A program made the translations under genes and the position numbers. This document shows, in pieces, positions 24,791-37,079 of a DNA stretch of 64,000 nt; position 1 is the first letter of the stretch; every line of letters begins with the position of its first letter. Location: assembly GCF_030028105.1 (NCBI RefSeq), contig NC_092398.1, positions 28,614,424 through 28,678,423 on the forward strand, read 5' to 3'. The DNA is from Mobula birostris. Taxonomy: Eukaryota. The notes beneath the pieces are model-generated. The model was not told the origin of the DNA, searched no databases, and was given only the letters and a program-made list of their open reading frames with translations.

Positions 24791-27003
24791 AAACACAAAA
24801 TATTCTGCAGGTGCTGGGGTCAAAGCAACACTCACAACACTCCGGAGGAATTCAGCAGGTCAGGCAGCATCCATGGAAAAGAACAGTCAACGTTTTGGGC
24901 CGGAACCCTTCTTCAGGACTGAAGAGGGAAGGGGCAGAGGCCCGATAAAGAAGTTGCGGGAAGGGTGGGAAGGAGATGGCTGGTAGGTTCCAGGTGAAAA
25001 ACCAGTAAGGGGAAAGATCAAGGGGTGAGGGAGGGGAAGCAGGGAGGGGATAGGCAGGAAAGGTGAGGAAGGAATAGTGGAAAACATAATGGGTAGTAGA
25101 AGGAGGTGGAACAATGAGGGAGGTGATAGGCAGCTGGGGGAGGGGGCAGAGTGAAACTGGGATGGGGGAAGGGAGGGGCAGGGAATTACCGGAAGTTGGA
25201 GAATTCAATGTTGATACCAGGGGGCTGGAGACTACCCAGACGGTATGCGAGGTGTTGCTCCTCCAACCTGAGTTTAGCCTCATCATCGCAGTAGAGGAGG
25301 CCATGTGTGGACATATCCGAATGGGAATGGGAAGCAGAGTTGAAGTGGGTGGCAACCGGGAGATCCTGCCTATTGTGGCGGACGAAGCAGAGGTGCTCGA
25401 CGAAGCGGTCCCCCAATCTGTGTTGGGTTTCACTGATGTAGAGGAGGCTGCACCAGGAACACCGGATGTAACGGAGATGGAGGAACTATGGGCACAAGCA
25501 TGGGCCCCAGCTATGTCTGCCTCTTTGTTGATTATGTGGAACAGTCTGTGCTTCGAACCTATACTGGTACTGCTCCCCAACGTTTCCTTCGCTACATTGA
25601 CGACTACATTGGTGCTGCTTCCTGCACCCATGCTGAGCTTGTCAATTTCATTGACTTTACTTCAAACTTCCACCCAGCCCTCAGATTCACTTGGTCTATC
25701 TTGCACACTTCTCTCCCCTTTCTCGATCTCTCGGTCTCCATCTCTGGAGACAGACTGTCCACAAACATCTTTTATAAACCCACTGACTCTCCTAACTACC
25801 TAAACTATACCTCTTCCCACCCTGAAACATGCAAAAATGCCATTCCCTATTCCCAGTTCCTCTGTCTCCGCCGCATCTGCTCCCAGGATGAGGATTTTCG
25901 TTCCAGGACATCTCAAATGTCCTCTTTCTTTAAGGATCGTGGTTTCCCTTCTGCCATCATCAATGATGCCCTCACCTGCATCTCCTCCATTTCCCGCACT
26001 TTGGCCCTCACTCCATCCTCCCGCCACCACAACAAGGACAGAGTTCCCCTTGTCCTCACCTACCACCCCACCTGCCTCTGGATCCAGCACATTATCCTCC
26101 ATAACTTCCGCCATCTTTAACAGGACCCCACCACTAAGCACATCTTTCCCTCTCCACCCTTCTCCGCTTTCCGCAGGGATCATTCCCTCCGTGACTCCCT
26201 GGTCCACACGTCCCTTCCCACAGATCTCCCACCTGGTACTTATCCCTGTAAGCGTAAGTGCTTCACCTGTCCCTACACCTCCTCTCTTGCCACCATTCAG
26301 AGCCCCAAACAGTCCTTCCAGGTGAGGCAACACTTCATTTGTGAGTCTGTTGGGGTCATCTATTGCATCCGGTGCTCCCAGTGCGGCCTCTTCTACATCG
26401 GTGAAACCCCATGCAGATTGGGGGACCGCTTCGTCGAGCACCTCTGCTCCGTCCGCCACAACAGGCGAGATCTCCCGGTTGCCATCCGCTTCAACTCTGC
26501 TTCCCATTCCCATTCGGATATGTCCAAACATGGCCTCCTCTGCTACCATGATGAGGCTAAACTCAGGTTGGAGGAGCAACACTTCATATACTGTCTGGGT
26601 AGTCTCCAGCCCCTTGGTATGAACATAGAATTCTCCAACTTCCGGTAATTCCCTCCCCCTCCCTTCCCCCATCCCAGTTTCACTCTGCCCCTTCCTCCAG
26701 CTGCCTACCACCTCCCTCATGGTTCCGCCTCCTTCTACTACCCATTGTGTTTTCCCCTATTCCTTCTTTACCTTTCCTGCCTATCGCCTCCCTGCTTCCC
26801 CTCCCCCACCTTTATCTTTCCCCTTACTGGTTTTTCACCTGGAACCTACCAGCCTTCTCCTTCCCACCCTCCCCCCACCTTCTTTATAGGGCCCCTGCCC
26901 ACTCCCTCTTCAGTCCTGACAAAGGGTTCCGGCCAAAAACGTTGACTGTTCTTTTCCACGGATGCTGCCCGACCTGCTGAGCTCCTCCAGCGTGTTGTGA
27001 GTG
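24791..27003 (+). mobile_element. 5'-truncated Penelope-like element (RT C-terminus + GIY-YIG) with inverted 3'-end copy upstream
   Basis: 25488-26120 reads MGTSMGPSY..FLRYIDD..LPFLDL (PLE RT); 26322-26648 reads VIYCIRC..YIGET (GIY-YIG). An inverted copy of the 3' end lies at ~24791-25450. The 15-bp direct repeat ttgccaaatgatcat occurs at 24776-24790 and 27004-27018. Confidence 0.92.
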
Positions 27004-27459
27004 TTGCCAAATGATCATGCTGTGATTTTTAGACCATACAAGAGACGCACAATGGTCAGGGATTTACAAAAGTGTCTAAACAACTTCAAATTAAAATAGG
27101 ATTGCTGTTGTCTACAAATCACTCGATTCCCTGGGGGGGGGAGTTAGTGGTGCCCCATTCACAGAAATCCCCCGTTGTGCCATAGACATTGCATGTTAAC
27201 CACTCCATGGACACTCCAGCTCGAATGTAATACTGGAAGAGGGACAGTCAGTCAGCTCAAGCAGAGACCTTGACTGCCTGCTGCCTGGAACTGCGCGTGG
27301 CCATTTTGGCAAGGCCCAGGATCGAGCCTACCAAGAGATCCCTGAGTTACAGCCCCCACCCTCCCACGCTGTGGGACTGTGGTTGATGAGCATGGGGTTG
27401 AAGTGCAGTCAGACCTTGAGGAGCAGCTCCTTTGAGCATACAAACAGGAGCTGCAACTT

Positions 27460-28410
27460 CTCACACTCCATATACATTCAGTGGCCACTTTATAAGGTAC
27501 ACCTGCTCGTTCATACAAATATCTAATGAGCCAATCATGTCACAGCAACTCAATGCTTAGGAGCATGCAGGCATGTTCAAGAGGTGCAGTTGTTCTTCAG
27601 AACAACTTCAGAATGGGGAAGAAATGTGATCCAAGTGACTTTGACGGTGGAATGAATTCTGGAGCTAGTTGGGATCATTCGAGTATCTCAGAAGCTGCTG
27701 AGAAAAGCTTTCCCCACCATTGAGCACATCTACTTGAAATGCTGTCGTAGGAAAGCAGCATCCATGATTAGGGACTCCCACCACCCAGGACATGCTCTCT
27801 TCTCGCTGCTGCCATCATGAAGGTGGTACAGGAGCCGCAGGATAACTTCACTTGCCCCATCATTGTAAATGCTGACACAACCAATGGACTCATTTTCAAG
27901 ATTTCTTCATCTCTTGATCTTGGTATTTATTGCTTATTTATGATCATTTCTTCATTTTAGTATTTGCAGAGTTTGTCATCTTTTGCACAAAGTTCCCCCG
28001 AGTTGGTGCGGTCATTCATTAATTCTTGTATGGTTATTGTATGCCAGCAAAGGAAAATATCCCAGGGTTGACATATGGCGTATATGTACTAAATTTACTT
28101 TGAAATTTGATCTCTGTTGGATTTTCATGCACAACAGTTTACAGAGAATGGTGTGAAAAAGGAAAAAAAGCCAGTGAGTGTCAGTTCTGTGTCTGAGAAC
28201 ACCTTGTCAATCAGAGAGTTCAGAAGGGAATAACCATACTGTTTCAGGCTGACAGGAAGGTGACAGTAATTCAAATAGCCATGCATTACAACAGTGGGGT
28301 GCAGAAGACCATCTCTGAACACACAGCATGTCGAACCTTGAAGAGGATGGTCTACAGCAGCAGAAGACCAGAAATATACAAGCGATATCTAATAAAGCAG
28401 CCGATGTGTG
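27460..28410 (+). mobile_element. Short Tc1-like element family (HTH-only, internally deleted); other copies ~9128-9332, 10591-10700, 49120-49400, 49880-50370, 53860-53985, 54825-55200, 56080-56545
   Basis: TIR cactcagtggccactttattaggtac. Internal sequence encodes the paired-like HTH MGKKCDLSDFD.GM.VGAR. Confidence 0.7.
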
Positions 28411-28727
28411 TATTTTAGTTTTCTGAACTTGAATCATCATACTGCTGGATGACAAAGTGTGTTGTACAGATTTTATTTGAATCCACAGACATTCTTCATT
28501 CTTCCAAGCAGGTGCGGCAACAGAAAGATTTTGCTCAGAGGTTAATTGTACCTTAGGATGTAGGATTCGGCACCTCTTGATAACTGCTTTGCAGGCACTG
28601 ACAACACTGGTCTCCAGCACTGCAGTTAAACATAGGCAACGAGATGCTGGAAATCCAGAACAACAGACACACACAAAATGGTGGAGAAATTCTGCAGGTT
28701 AGGTAGCATCTATGGAGGAAAATAAAC

Positions 28728-28763
28728 AGTTGATGTTTCAGGCTGAGAGCCTTCATCAGGACT
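28728..28763 (-). ncRNA. Hammerhead ribozyme motif variant in a Penelope fragment (~28620-29210)
   Basis: AGTC-CTGATGA-AGGC-TCTCA-GCCT-GAAAC-ATC-AACT. Core intact and stem II fully paired with a different sequence; stems I and III each have a mismatch. Confidence 0.55.
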
Positions 28764-30094
28764 GGAAAGGAAAGGGAAAGAATAAGGAGGGGAGAAGAAG
28801 AAGCTGCCAGGCCATAGGTGAAGTCGGAGAAAGGTGGTTGGGTGGAGGAGGCTGGATGAAGTGAGAAGCAGGGAGGTGATAGGTGGAAAAGGAAACAGCT
28901 AAAGAAGGAGGAATCTGATAGGAGAGAATAGTTGACCATGGAGGGAAGGCAAGGAGAAGGAGCACCAGAGGGAGGTGATGGGCAGGTGAAGATAAGCAAA
29001 GAGGTAAGAGGGGAGGCAGATTGTGGAATATATGAGGAAAAGGTTGGGGAAGCAATTTCCTGAAGGTAGAAAATCTAAATTTATGGTATCAGGTTGGAGG
29101 TAACCCATAGAGAATATGAGGTGTTGCTTCTCCAGCCTGAGTCTGACCTCATCATGGGAGTAGAGGAAGTCGTGGACAGACATGTGGGAGTGGGAATCAT
29201 GATCATCATCATGTGCCATGTTGTTGGATGCGGATGATCATGGTCATAGGCTCTTGGCAAATTCTACAGAAGTAGTTTGCTATTGCTTTCTTCTGGGGAG
29301 TTGTTTTACAAAACGAGTGATTCCAGCCATTATCAATACTCTCCAGAGATTGTCTGCCAGGCTGTTGTCAATTGTCAATGGCCACAAAATCAGGATTTAT
29401 GCCCCATGAATCTGACAGGGGGCTAAGCAGGTGCTACACCTTGCCCAGGGGTGACCTGCATGCCAGCAGAGGGAAGGAGCACCTTACACCTTTGGTCAAC
29501 ATATGTGAATAGGAAATCAAACTGAAATGGGTTAAACACAAAGTAAAAAGCGGCATTGTGAGGCAGGTGATTTCCAATGCATGCCAGACAAACGAGAACG
29601 GAGACGGCAGTCACCAGGTATCCAAGTACCAGCAAGTAGTGAATTTGACAGTTCGATTTCAAACTTCTGTCGTGCATTCAGAGGCAGGCCTCGGCATCTG
29701 GCCAAGTTCTTCACACAGACGGTCGTTCTCACCGTGTGAGCAGAGTTCTGAGAAGAAAAGAGAAGAGGGATGATGAAGATATGGACTGTGTAATAATTAA
29801 GACAACACCAGTCAACAGCAGTATGTAACATTTCAGGATATAATGCTAGTGCTTTATAATGGATTAGGCAATCTGCATTTGGAGCATCGCGAGCAGTTTT
29901 GGACCTAAGCTAAGAATGGATGTACTGACAGTGGAGTGGTTCCTGAGGAGGTTCACGAGAATGATCCTGGAAATGAAAGGGGTAAAGTATGATGAGCATT
30001 TGACAGCTCTGGGTCTATACTCACTGAAGTTTAGAACAATGGCGAGTGGGATGTCATCAAAACCTACTAAATATTGAAAGGCCTGGTTAGAATT

Positions 30095-30240
30095 GCCGGC
30101 TGGTGGCGTAGTGGCATCAGCGCCGGACTTGGGAGCGAAGGCTCCCGAGTTCGAATCCAGCCGACTCCCTTGCTCGCTTTCCATCCATGCTAGCAACTCG
30201 GCCTCGTAAAAACCAGAAAGTCTGCTAAAAAAACGCCGTT
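30095..30240 (+). mobile_element. tRNA-derived SINE (tail shared with 33395-33475)
   Basis: A box TGGCGTAGTGG (30104) and B box GTTCGAATCC (30149), followed by the non-tRNA body agcaactcggcctcgtaaaaa. Confidence 0.7.
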
Positions 30241-32850
30241 ATAGAACATAGAATAGTACAGCACAGTACAGGCCCTTCGGCCCACAATGTTGTACCGACC
30301 CTCAAACCCTGCTTCCCATATAAGCCCCCACCTTAGATTCCTCCATATACCTGTCTAGTAGTCTCTTAAACTTCACTACTGTATCTGCCTCCACCACTGA
30401 CTCAGGCAGTGCATTCCACGCACCAACCACTCTCTGAGTAAAAAACCTTCCTCTAATATCCCCCTTGAACTTCCCACCCCTTACCTTAAAGCCATGTCCT
30501 CTTGTATTGAGCAGTGGTGCCCTGGGGAAGAGGCACTGGCTGTCCACTCTTATCTATTCCTCTTATTATCTTGTACACCTCTATCATGTCTCCTCTCATC
30601 CTCCTTCTCTCCAAAGAGTAAAGCTCTAGCTCCCTTAATCTCTGATCATAATGCATACTTTCTAAACCAGGCAGCATCCTGGTAAATCTCCTCTGTACCC
30701 TTTCCAATGCTTCCACATCCTTCCTATACTGAGGTGACCAGAACTGGACACAATACCCCAAGTGTGGCCTAACCAGAGTTTTACAGAGCTGCATCATTAC
30801 ATCGCGACTCTTAAACTCTATCCCTTGACTTATGAAAGCTAACACCCAATAAGCTTTCTTAACTACCCTATTCACCTGTGAGGCAACTTTCAGGGATCTG
30901 TGGACATGTACCCCCAGATCCCTCTGCTCCTCCGCACTACCAAGTATCCTGCCATTTACTTTGTACTCTGCCTTGGAGTTTGTCCTTCCAAAGTGTACCA
31001 TCTCACACTTCTCCGGGTTGAACCCCATCTGCCACTTCTCAGCCCACTTCTGCATCCTATCAATGTCTCTCTGCAATCCTCGACAATCCTCTACACTATC
31101 TACAACACCACCAACCTTTGTGTCGTCTGCAAACTTGCCAACCCACCCCTCTACCCCCAGATCCAGGTCGTTAATAAAAATCACGAAAAGTAGAGGTCCC
31201 AGAACAGATCTTTGTGGAATCCTCCAATCTGAATGTACTCCCTCCTTTATCTCTAATCAGTCCTACCTTCACTCCTGTCATCCTTTTGTTCTTCACATAA
31301 TTGAAGAATGCCTTGGGGTTCTCCTTTACCCTACTCACCAAGGCCTTCTCATGCCCCCTTCTTGCTCTTCTCAGCCCCTTCTTAAGCTCCTTTCTTGCTT
31401 CCCTATATTCCTGAATAGACCCATCTGATCCTTGCTTCCTAAACCTCATGTATGCTGCTTTCTTCCACCTGACTAGATTTTCCACCTCACTTGTCACCCA
31501 TGGTTCCTTCACCCTACCATTCTTTATCTTCCTCACCGGGACAAATTTATCCCTAACATCCTGTAAGAGATCTCTAAACATCGACCACATGTCCATAGTA
31601 TATTTCCCCGCAAAAACATCATCCCAATTCACACCTGCAAGTTCTAGCCTTCTAGCTTCATAATTTGCCTTTCCCCAATTAAAAATTTTCCTGTCCTCTC
31701 TGATTCTATCCTTTTCCGTGATAATGCTAAAAGCCAGGGAGCGGTGGTCACTGTCCCTCAGATGCTCACCCACTGAGAGATCTGCGACCTGACCCAGTTC
31801 GTTACCTAGTACTAGATCTAGTATGGCATTCCCCCTGGTCGGCCTGTCCACATACTGTGACAGGAATCCGTCCTGGATACACTTAACAAAGTCGGCCCCA
31901 TCTAAACCCTTGGAACTAATCAGGTGCCAATCAATATTGGGGAAGTTAAAGTCACCCATGACAACAACCCTGTTATTTTTGCACCTTTCCAAAATCTGCT
32001 TCCCAATTTGCTCCTCTGTATCTCTGCTGCTACCAGGGGGTCTATAGAATACCCCCAGTAGAGTAACTGCTCCCTTCCTGTTCCTGACTTCCACCCATAC
32101 TGACTCAAAAGAGGATCCTGCTACATTACCCACCCTTTCTGTAGCCCCTTTCTGTAGCTGTAATATTATCCCTGACCAGTAATGCCACCCCTCCTCCCCT
32201 CCCCCCCATTCCAGGAATATTGAGAATCCATTCCTGCTCTCGTGCCAGCCAAGTCTCGGTAATGGCCACAACATCATAATTCCATGTATGTATCTAAGCT
32301 CTCAGTTCATCACCTTTGTTCCTGATGCTTCTTGCATTGAGGTACACACACCTCAGCCCTTCTACCTTACTGTCTTTACACCCTTTGTTCTGCTTCTCTT
32401 TCCTCAGAGCCCCTCTAAGATCTGGCTTTACTCTATGCACTTCTTTCACTGCTCTATTGCTCCGGGTCCCATCCCCCTTGCAAATTAGTTTAACCCCTCC
32501 CAGACCATGCTAGCAAACCTACCTGCAAGGATATTGCTCCCCCTCGAGTTCAGGTCCCACCTTCCCCAGAAGAGATCCCAATGATCCAAAAATCTAATAC
32601 CCTGCCCCCTGCACCAACTCCTCAGCCACGCATTCAACTGCCATCTCCTCCAATTCTTACCATCACTGTCACGTAGCACTGGCAGCAATCCTGAGAACGT
32701 CACCCTTGAGGTCCTGTTCTTCAGCCTTCTGCCTAGTTCCCGAAACTGACACTTCAGGACCTCATCCTCCTTCCTGCCTACATCATTGGTACCAACATGT
32801 ATCATGACTTCTGGCTGCTTTCCCTCTTGTACCAGGATGTTGTGCACAAG
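30241..32850 (-). mobile_element. CR1 LINE with ORF1 esterase (SGNH), APE endonuclease and RT fragments; internal deletion
   Basis: 32485-32847 VMIHVGTND (esterase); 31171-32277 GVFYRPP..VMGDFN (APE); 30486-31184 IFINDLD..KFADDTK (RT); (ttctat)n-type tail at 30241. Confidence 0.9.
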
Positions 32851-32942
32851 TTTAGTGGTGTATACTTCATATCAGAATCGCATATGCTCAGTGGAGTGCA
32901 GAATTATTATTATTATTATTATAATACAACATAGAAATACAA

Positions 32943-33400
32943 CAGGATCAATGTGGACGTGGTGGAGGATTACAAATACCTGGGGATACGAATTGACAAT
33001 AAACTGGTCTGGTCAAAGAACACTGAGGCTGTCTACAAGAAGGGTCAGAGCCATCTCTATTTCCTGAGGAGAGTGAAGTCCTTTAACATCTGCCGGATGA
33101 TGCTGAGGATGTTCTATGAGTCTGTGGTGGCCAGTGCGATCATGTTTGCTGTTGTGTGCTGGGGCAGCAGGCTGAGGGTAGCAGACACCAACAGAATCAA
33201 CAAACTCATTCGTAAGGCCAGTGATGTTGTGGGTATGGAACTGGACTCTCTGATGGTGGTGTCTGAAAAGAGGATGCTGTCCAAGTTGCATGCCATCTTG
33301 GACAATGTCTCCCATCCACTACATAATGGACTGGTTGGGTACAGGAGTACATTCAGCCAGAGACTCATTCCACCGAGATGCAACACAGAGCGCTTTCCAT
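32943..33400 (+). mobile_element. Rex1/Babar LINE 3' fragment
   Basis: YKYLGIRIDNKLVW..LYFLRRVKSF..FYESVVASAIMFAVVCWG. Confidence 0.8.
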
Positions 33401-34329
33401 CTGTGCTGGGTTGAGCGTCGAGCTAGCAACTCGGCCTCGTAAAAACGTGAAAGCCTGCTAAGAAAACGCCGTCATGACTGAGTCCCAATGACTCCACTCG
33501 GAGTCAAGGGGTTTCTTCTTTCTTCTTCTGGTTAGAATGGATGTGGTGAAGATGTTTCCTATCGTGGGGGAGTCTAGGACCAGAGGGCACAGAATCAGAG
33601 TGGAGCGATGTCCCTTTAGAACAGAGATGAGGAGGAATTTCTTTAGCCAGGGGGTTGTGAGTCTGTGGAATTCATTGCTACAGGTGGCTGTGGAGGAGAA
33701 GTCATTGCGTATATTTAAGGTTGAGCTTGGAAGAAAGGAAGTTGACGTTCCTTCCTGAACTTGATGAGTTCTTGATTAGTAAGGGCGACAAAGGTTATGG
33801 GGAGAAGTTAGAAGAATGAAGTTGAGAGGAATGATAAATCAGCCATGGTGGAATGGCAAACTGGACATGATGGGCTGAATGGCCTAATTCTGCTCCTATG
33901 TCTAATGGTTACGTCTTCCTGACCCCAGGTTCCTGTGTGCATAGTGTGCCCTAGTTAGCTTTTCTGATGTTTACCAGATACAAAATGGGGTGTATGAGAT
34001 GTCCAGGGAGGGCTAGCACTGCTGGTGAAGGAGCTTGTCGTGTCCATTCTGGGGCAACTCACTCACATTGGTCTCCGACTGACACTCAGCTCTCACCTGT
34101 GGCTCCAAGTAGCTGTATAGGTGTGACAGCAGCCACACCCCAGGACATTGCTTCGATGGACAGGTTAAACCAGGAGAGGGTAGCCGGCAGCCTCACACCA
34201 CAGTGAGATGGGAACATGCCCATCCGAGCATGCAAAGTGATGCGGACTGAGTGGATGAGGTCAACAGTGAGATGCAACAGCCACATTTCATGGAGAGGTA
34301 TAGAATTGAAAATACACATGGACTAAGAT

Positions 34330-36560
34330 GTTAACCGTCCTGTGATATCACCAGTGGGAGCATCAATTGATCTGCCACCTGTCTTCAGGAGCTTCGGCCC
34401 GTTTATGATCAAGACTCCCTCGAAGTGGTGGGCCAGCAGTGCTAAAGCACCACCTCCCACTGGTGAGCTTAAAAACTTGGCACCTGCCTCTATCAGAGTT
34501 GTTGGTCACTTCCATCCAGCAGACAGTCTGCTCTTCAGGTGTCTATGCAACTACTGAAGGGTTTGCAAAAAATGTATACACTGTCTGACTATCTGTCCCT
34601 CTGGAAATACTTGTCCACACCTGTGCTGATCCTGTCTCTGCTGCCTCAACTACAGCCCTGCTGGTTGACTTGATCTCCCTTCTAGTGAAGCCAAGGTCAC
34701 GCAGCCACTTCCGGAAAGTAAATGCAATAAACCTACGACAGACTACTTCAAATGGATAGCACGAGACCTTCCACCCTTTGTCTCTGCACTCTGAACTTAA
34801 TTCTGCATACTTCGTTAACTTGCGCTCATGGGCTTCATCGAAATTATCTTCCCAGGGGACTGTGAGTTCACCAATAACCACTTCCCTACTGGTGTCAGAC
34901 CATACGATTATATCTGGACGTAATGTGGTGAAAGCTATTTGTTCCGGGAAACTGCCTTTCCCATCCAGGTTGGCCTTGACACACCAATCATTGGCTGAAG
35001 AAAGTATGCTTGATCGTGAGCCTGCGCTGTACACCCTTGACTTGGAGCCTTGTTTCACAAATGATATGCGATGTTCTGTGCAGCATGGGGCAAGTTGTGC
35101 TGCAGTACTCTCTGCTCAACTGCTTCTGTTACAACTTTGAGAACGTTATTATGTCTCCAAATGTACATGCCGTTGGAAAGATTGACTCTGCGTGCACTCA
35201 AAATATGTTAAAGTGTTCCCTTCTCGCCACAAGCAGCACACCTGTCTGTCTTACCTTCATACCAGGTGCTGAGGTTGGCAGGTGTTGGGAGCAGATCGTA
35301 CGCTGCTCTGTATAGAAAAGAAATGTGGAGCGGTTCCATCTGCCACAGAACATTCCAAGATAGATGTCGTTGTTCAACACTTTCCCTCTGGGTCCAAGCT
35401 CCTTGTTTGGCCAGGCCAGCTGTTTTAGTTAACCTCTTCTCCTCTTCTACCTCTCGTATTTCCTGTGTTACAAGCTCACAGCCCTCCTTACCTGTAGAAG
35501 ATGACCACCGTTTGTGGGTTGTCCATCCAAGTCCCTAGCGGCCTAGCTGGATAGCCCCAACCATTTGCTTGTGCTTCAATCTAGACTCTGCCTTGTCAAC
35601 TGCTACATGGGCTGACCACTTCCTGCCTGATCTCTCATCTGGCTGGGTGTTCTTCATGACAGGGTCTTTTGAGTCTCAAAGCATCAAGAATGATCTTACC
35701 TTGGCTACCTTGACCTCTTCAACAAAGGATTGCACTGGGATGGTAAGCTTTGTCTGGCTACTGTGGATTGCAACATTGGTGAGGCTGCTCGGTACTCCAA
35801 GCCACTTCTTCACATACTTGTTGATCTTCCATTCCATTGCCTCAACATGAGACATTGCCACTTCATAGACAGTTAGTGGCCACATTATCGTGGCATCAGT
35901 CTATGTACTGCAAGCACCACAACTTCAACTTGCCAGGCAAGCCACACTTGTCAACAGACATCAGACCTCTGCTGATCTGTTCTCCTGCCTCTTGAACCCT
36001 CTTGGTGTCTCTCAGCTCCTCTGTGTACCATCGCCCGAGACTCTTACTGGTTGGTCCTGAATGGATGGAATCTCCCCTCCACGAAGGGTGAAATGAAATT
36101 CAACCAGCTTTCCTCGCCTAAGAACAAGGCTGCTTGACTTCTTGGTCTTGAACTTCATTTTTCCCCAATCCATTAGCTCCTCCAGTCGAGATAATACATT
36201 TTCCACTGTCTTCGTGCTGGGACCCAAAAGGGTGAGATCGTCCATGAACGCTTGTATTGGTGGTAACTCCCCTCCGCCATCAAGTGCGTCACCAGGTCCC
36301 ACTGATTCTGCAGCCCTCACAATAACCTCCATGGCTAACACAAAGAGGATGGGTGAAATCGCACATCCCATTGGGATTCGAATATCCAAGCCCTGCCACC
36401 TAGTTGTAAACTGCTAAGTGGAAAACCTCATCCAGAAATCGTTGTAGTACTGCATAACAAAGTTCCTCACCTTAACAGGAATCCATAGGAATTCCATCGC
36501 AAACTCAATCAGGACATGGGGAACAGAACCATACGCATTTGCCAGATCAAGCCAAACTAC
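34330..36560 (-). mobile_element. Hero-like non-LTR retrotransposon with restriction-like endonuclease, 5'-truncated
   Basis: RT: IPMGCAISPILFVLAMEV..QAFMDDL (36012-36389). RLE: LRPDIIVWS..IGELTVPWEDN..AHERKLTKY (34543-35058). Confidence 0.8.
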
Positions 36561-36818
36561 AGCCAGTCTTCAACAGGACTGGAGAAAAAAAGATGAGGAG
36601 TAGGTTTCTTCTCAACCAGATGAAGTCATGGTTGTCTACTGCAATGAAGGAAGACCTCAGTTATGACAAGTACTCATACCACTGGTCCCGGACCTTCAAA
36701 TTTCAGAGAGTGGTTCTGCCCCAGTGCAGCAGTTTTTCCACTTTAAAAACTCTCCTGCACTGGTTTCAAACTCATCGTCAGATATGACAGATATCCAATC
36801 AATCATCCAGAAACAAGG

Positions 36819-37079
36819 CAAACAAGAGAAAATCTGTAGATGCTGGAAATCCAAGCAATACACATAAAATGCTGGAGGAACTCAGCAGGCCAGGCAGCAT
36901 CTATGGAAAAGAGTAAAGAGTTGACGTTTCAGGCCAAGACCCTTCAGCAGGACTGGAGAAAAAAAGATGAGGAGTAGAGTTCTGGGGGGTCCTGTTGAAG
37001 GGTCTCAGCCCAAAACGTTGATTCTTTTCCATAGATGCTGCCTGTCCAGCTGAGTTCCTCCAGCATTTTGTGTGTGCTG
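36819..37079. mobile_element. Hairpin of two inverted Penelope tails
   Basis: caaaatgctggaggaactcagc... is inverted to ...gctgagttcctccagcattttg. Flanks tccagaaacaagg (36806-36818) and tccggatacaagg (37080-37092) match at 11 of 13 positions. Confidence 0.7.

Noticed and set aside
25114-26720. 229-aa and 306-aa ORFs (MREVIGSW.., MREVVGSW..)
   Set aside because: They are antisense frames of the two inverted Penelope arms.
30095-30170. tRNA gene
   Set aside because: A and B boxes are present, but there is no proper cloverleaf or acceptor stem and it continues into a repeated SINE body.
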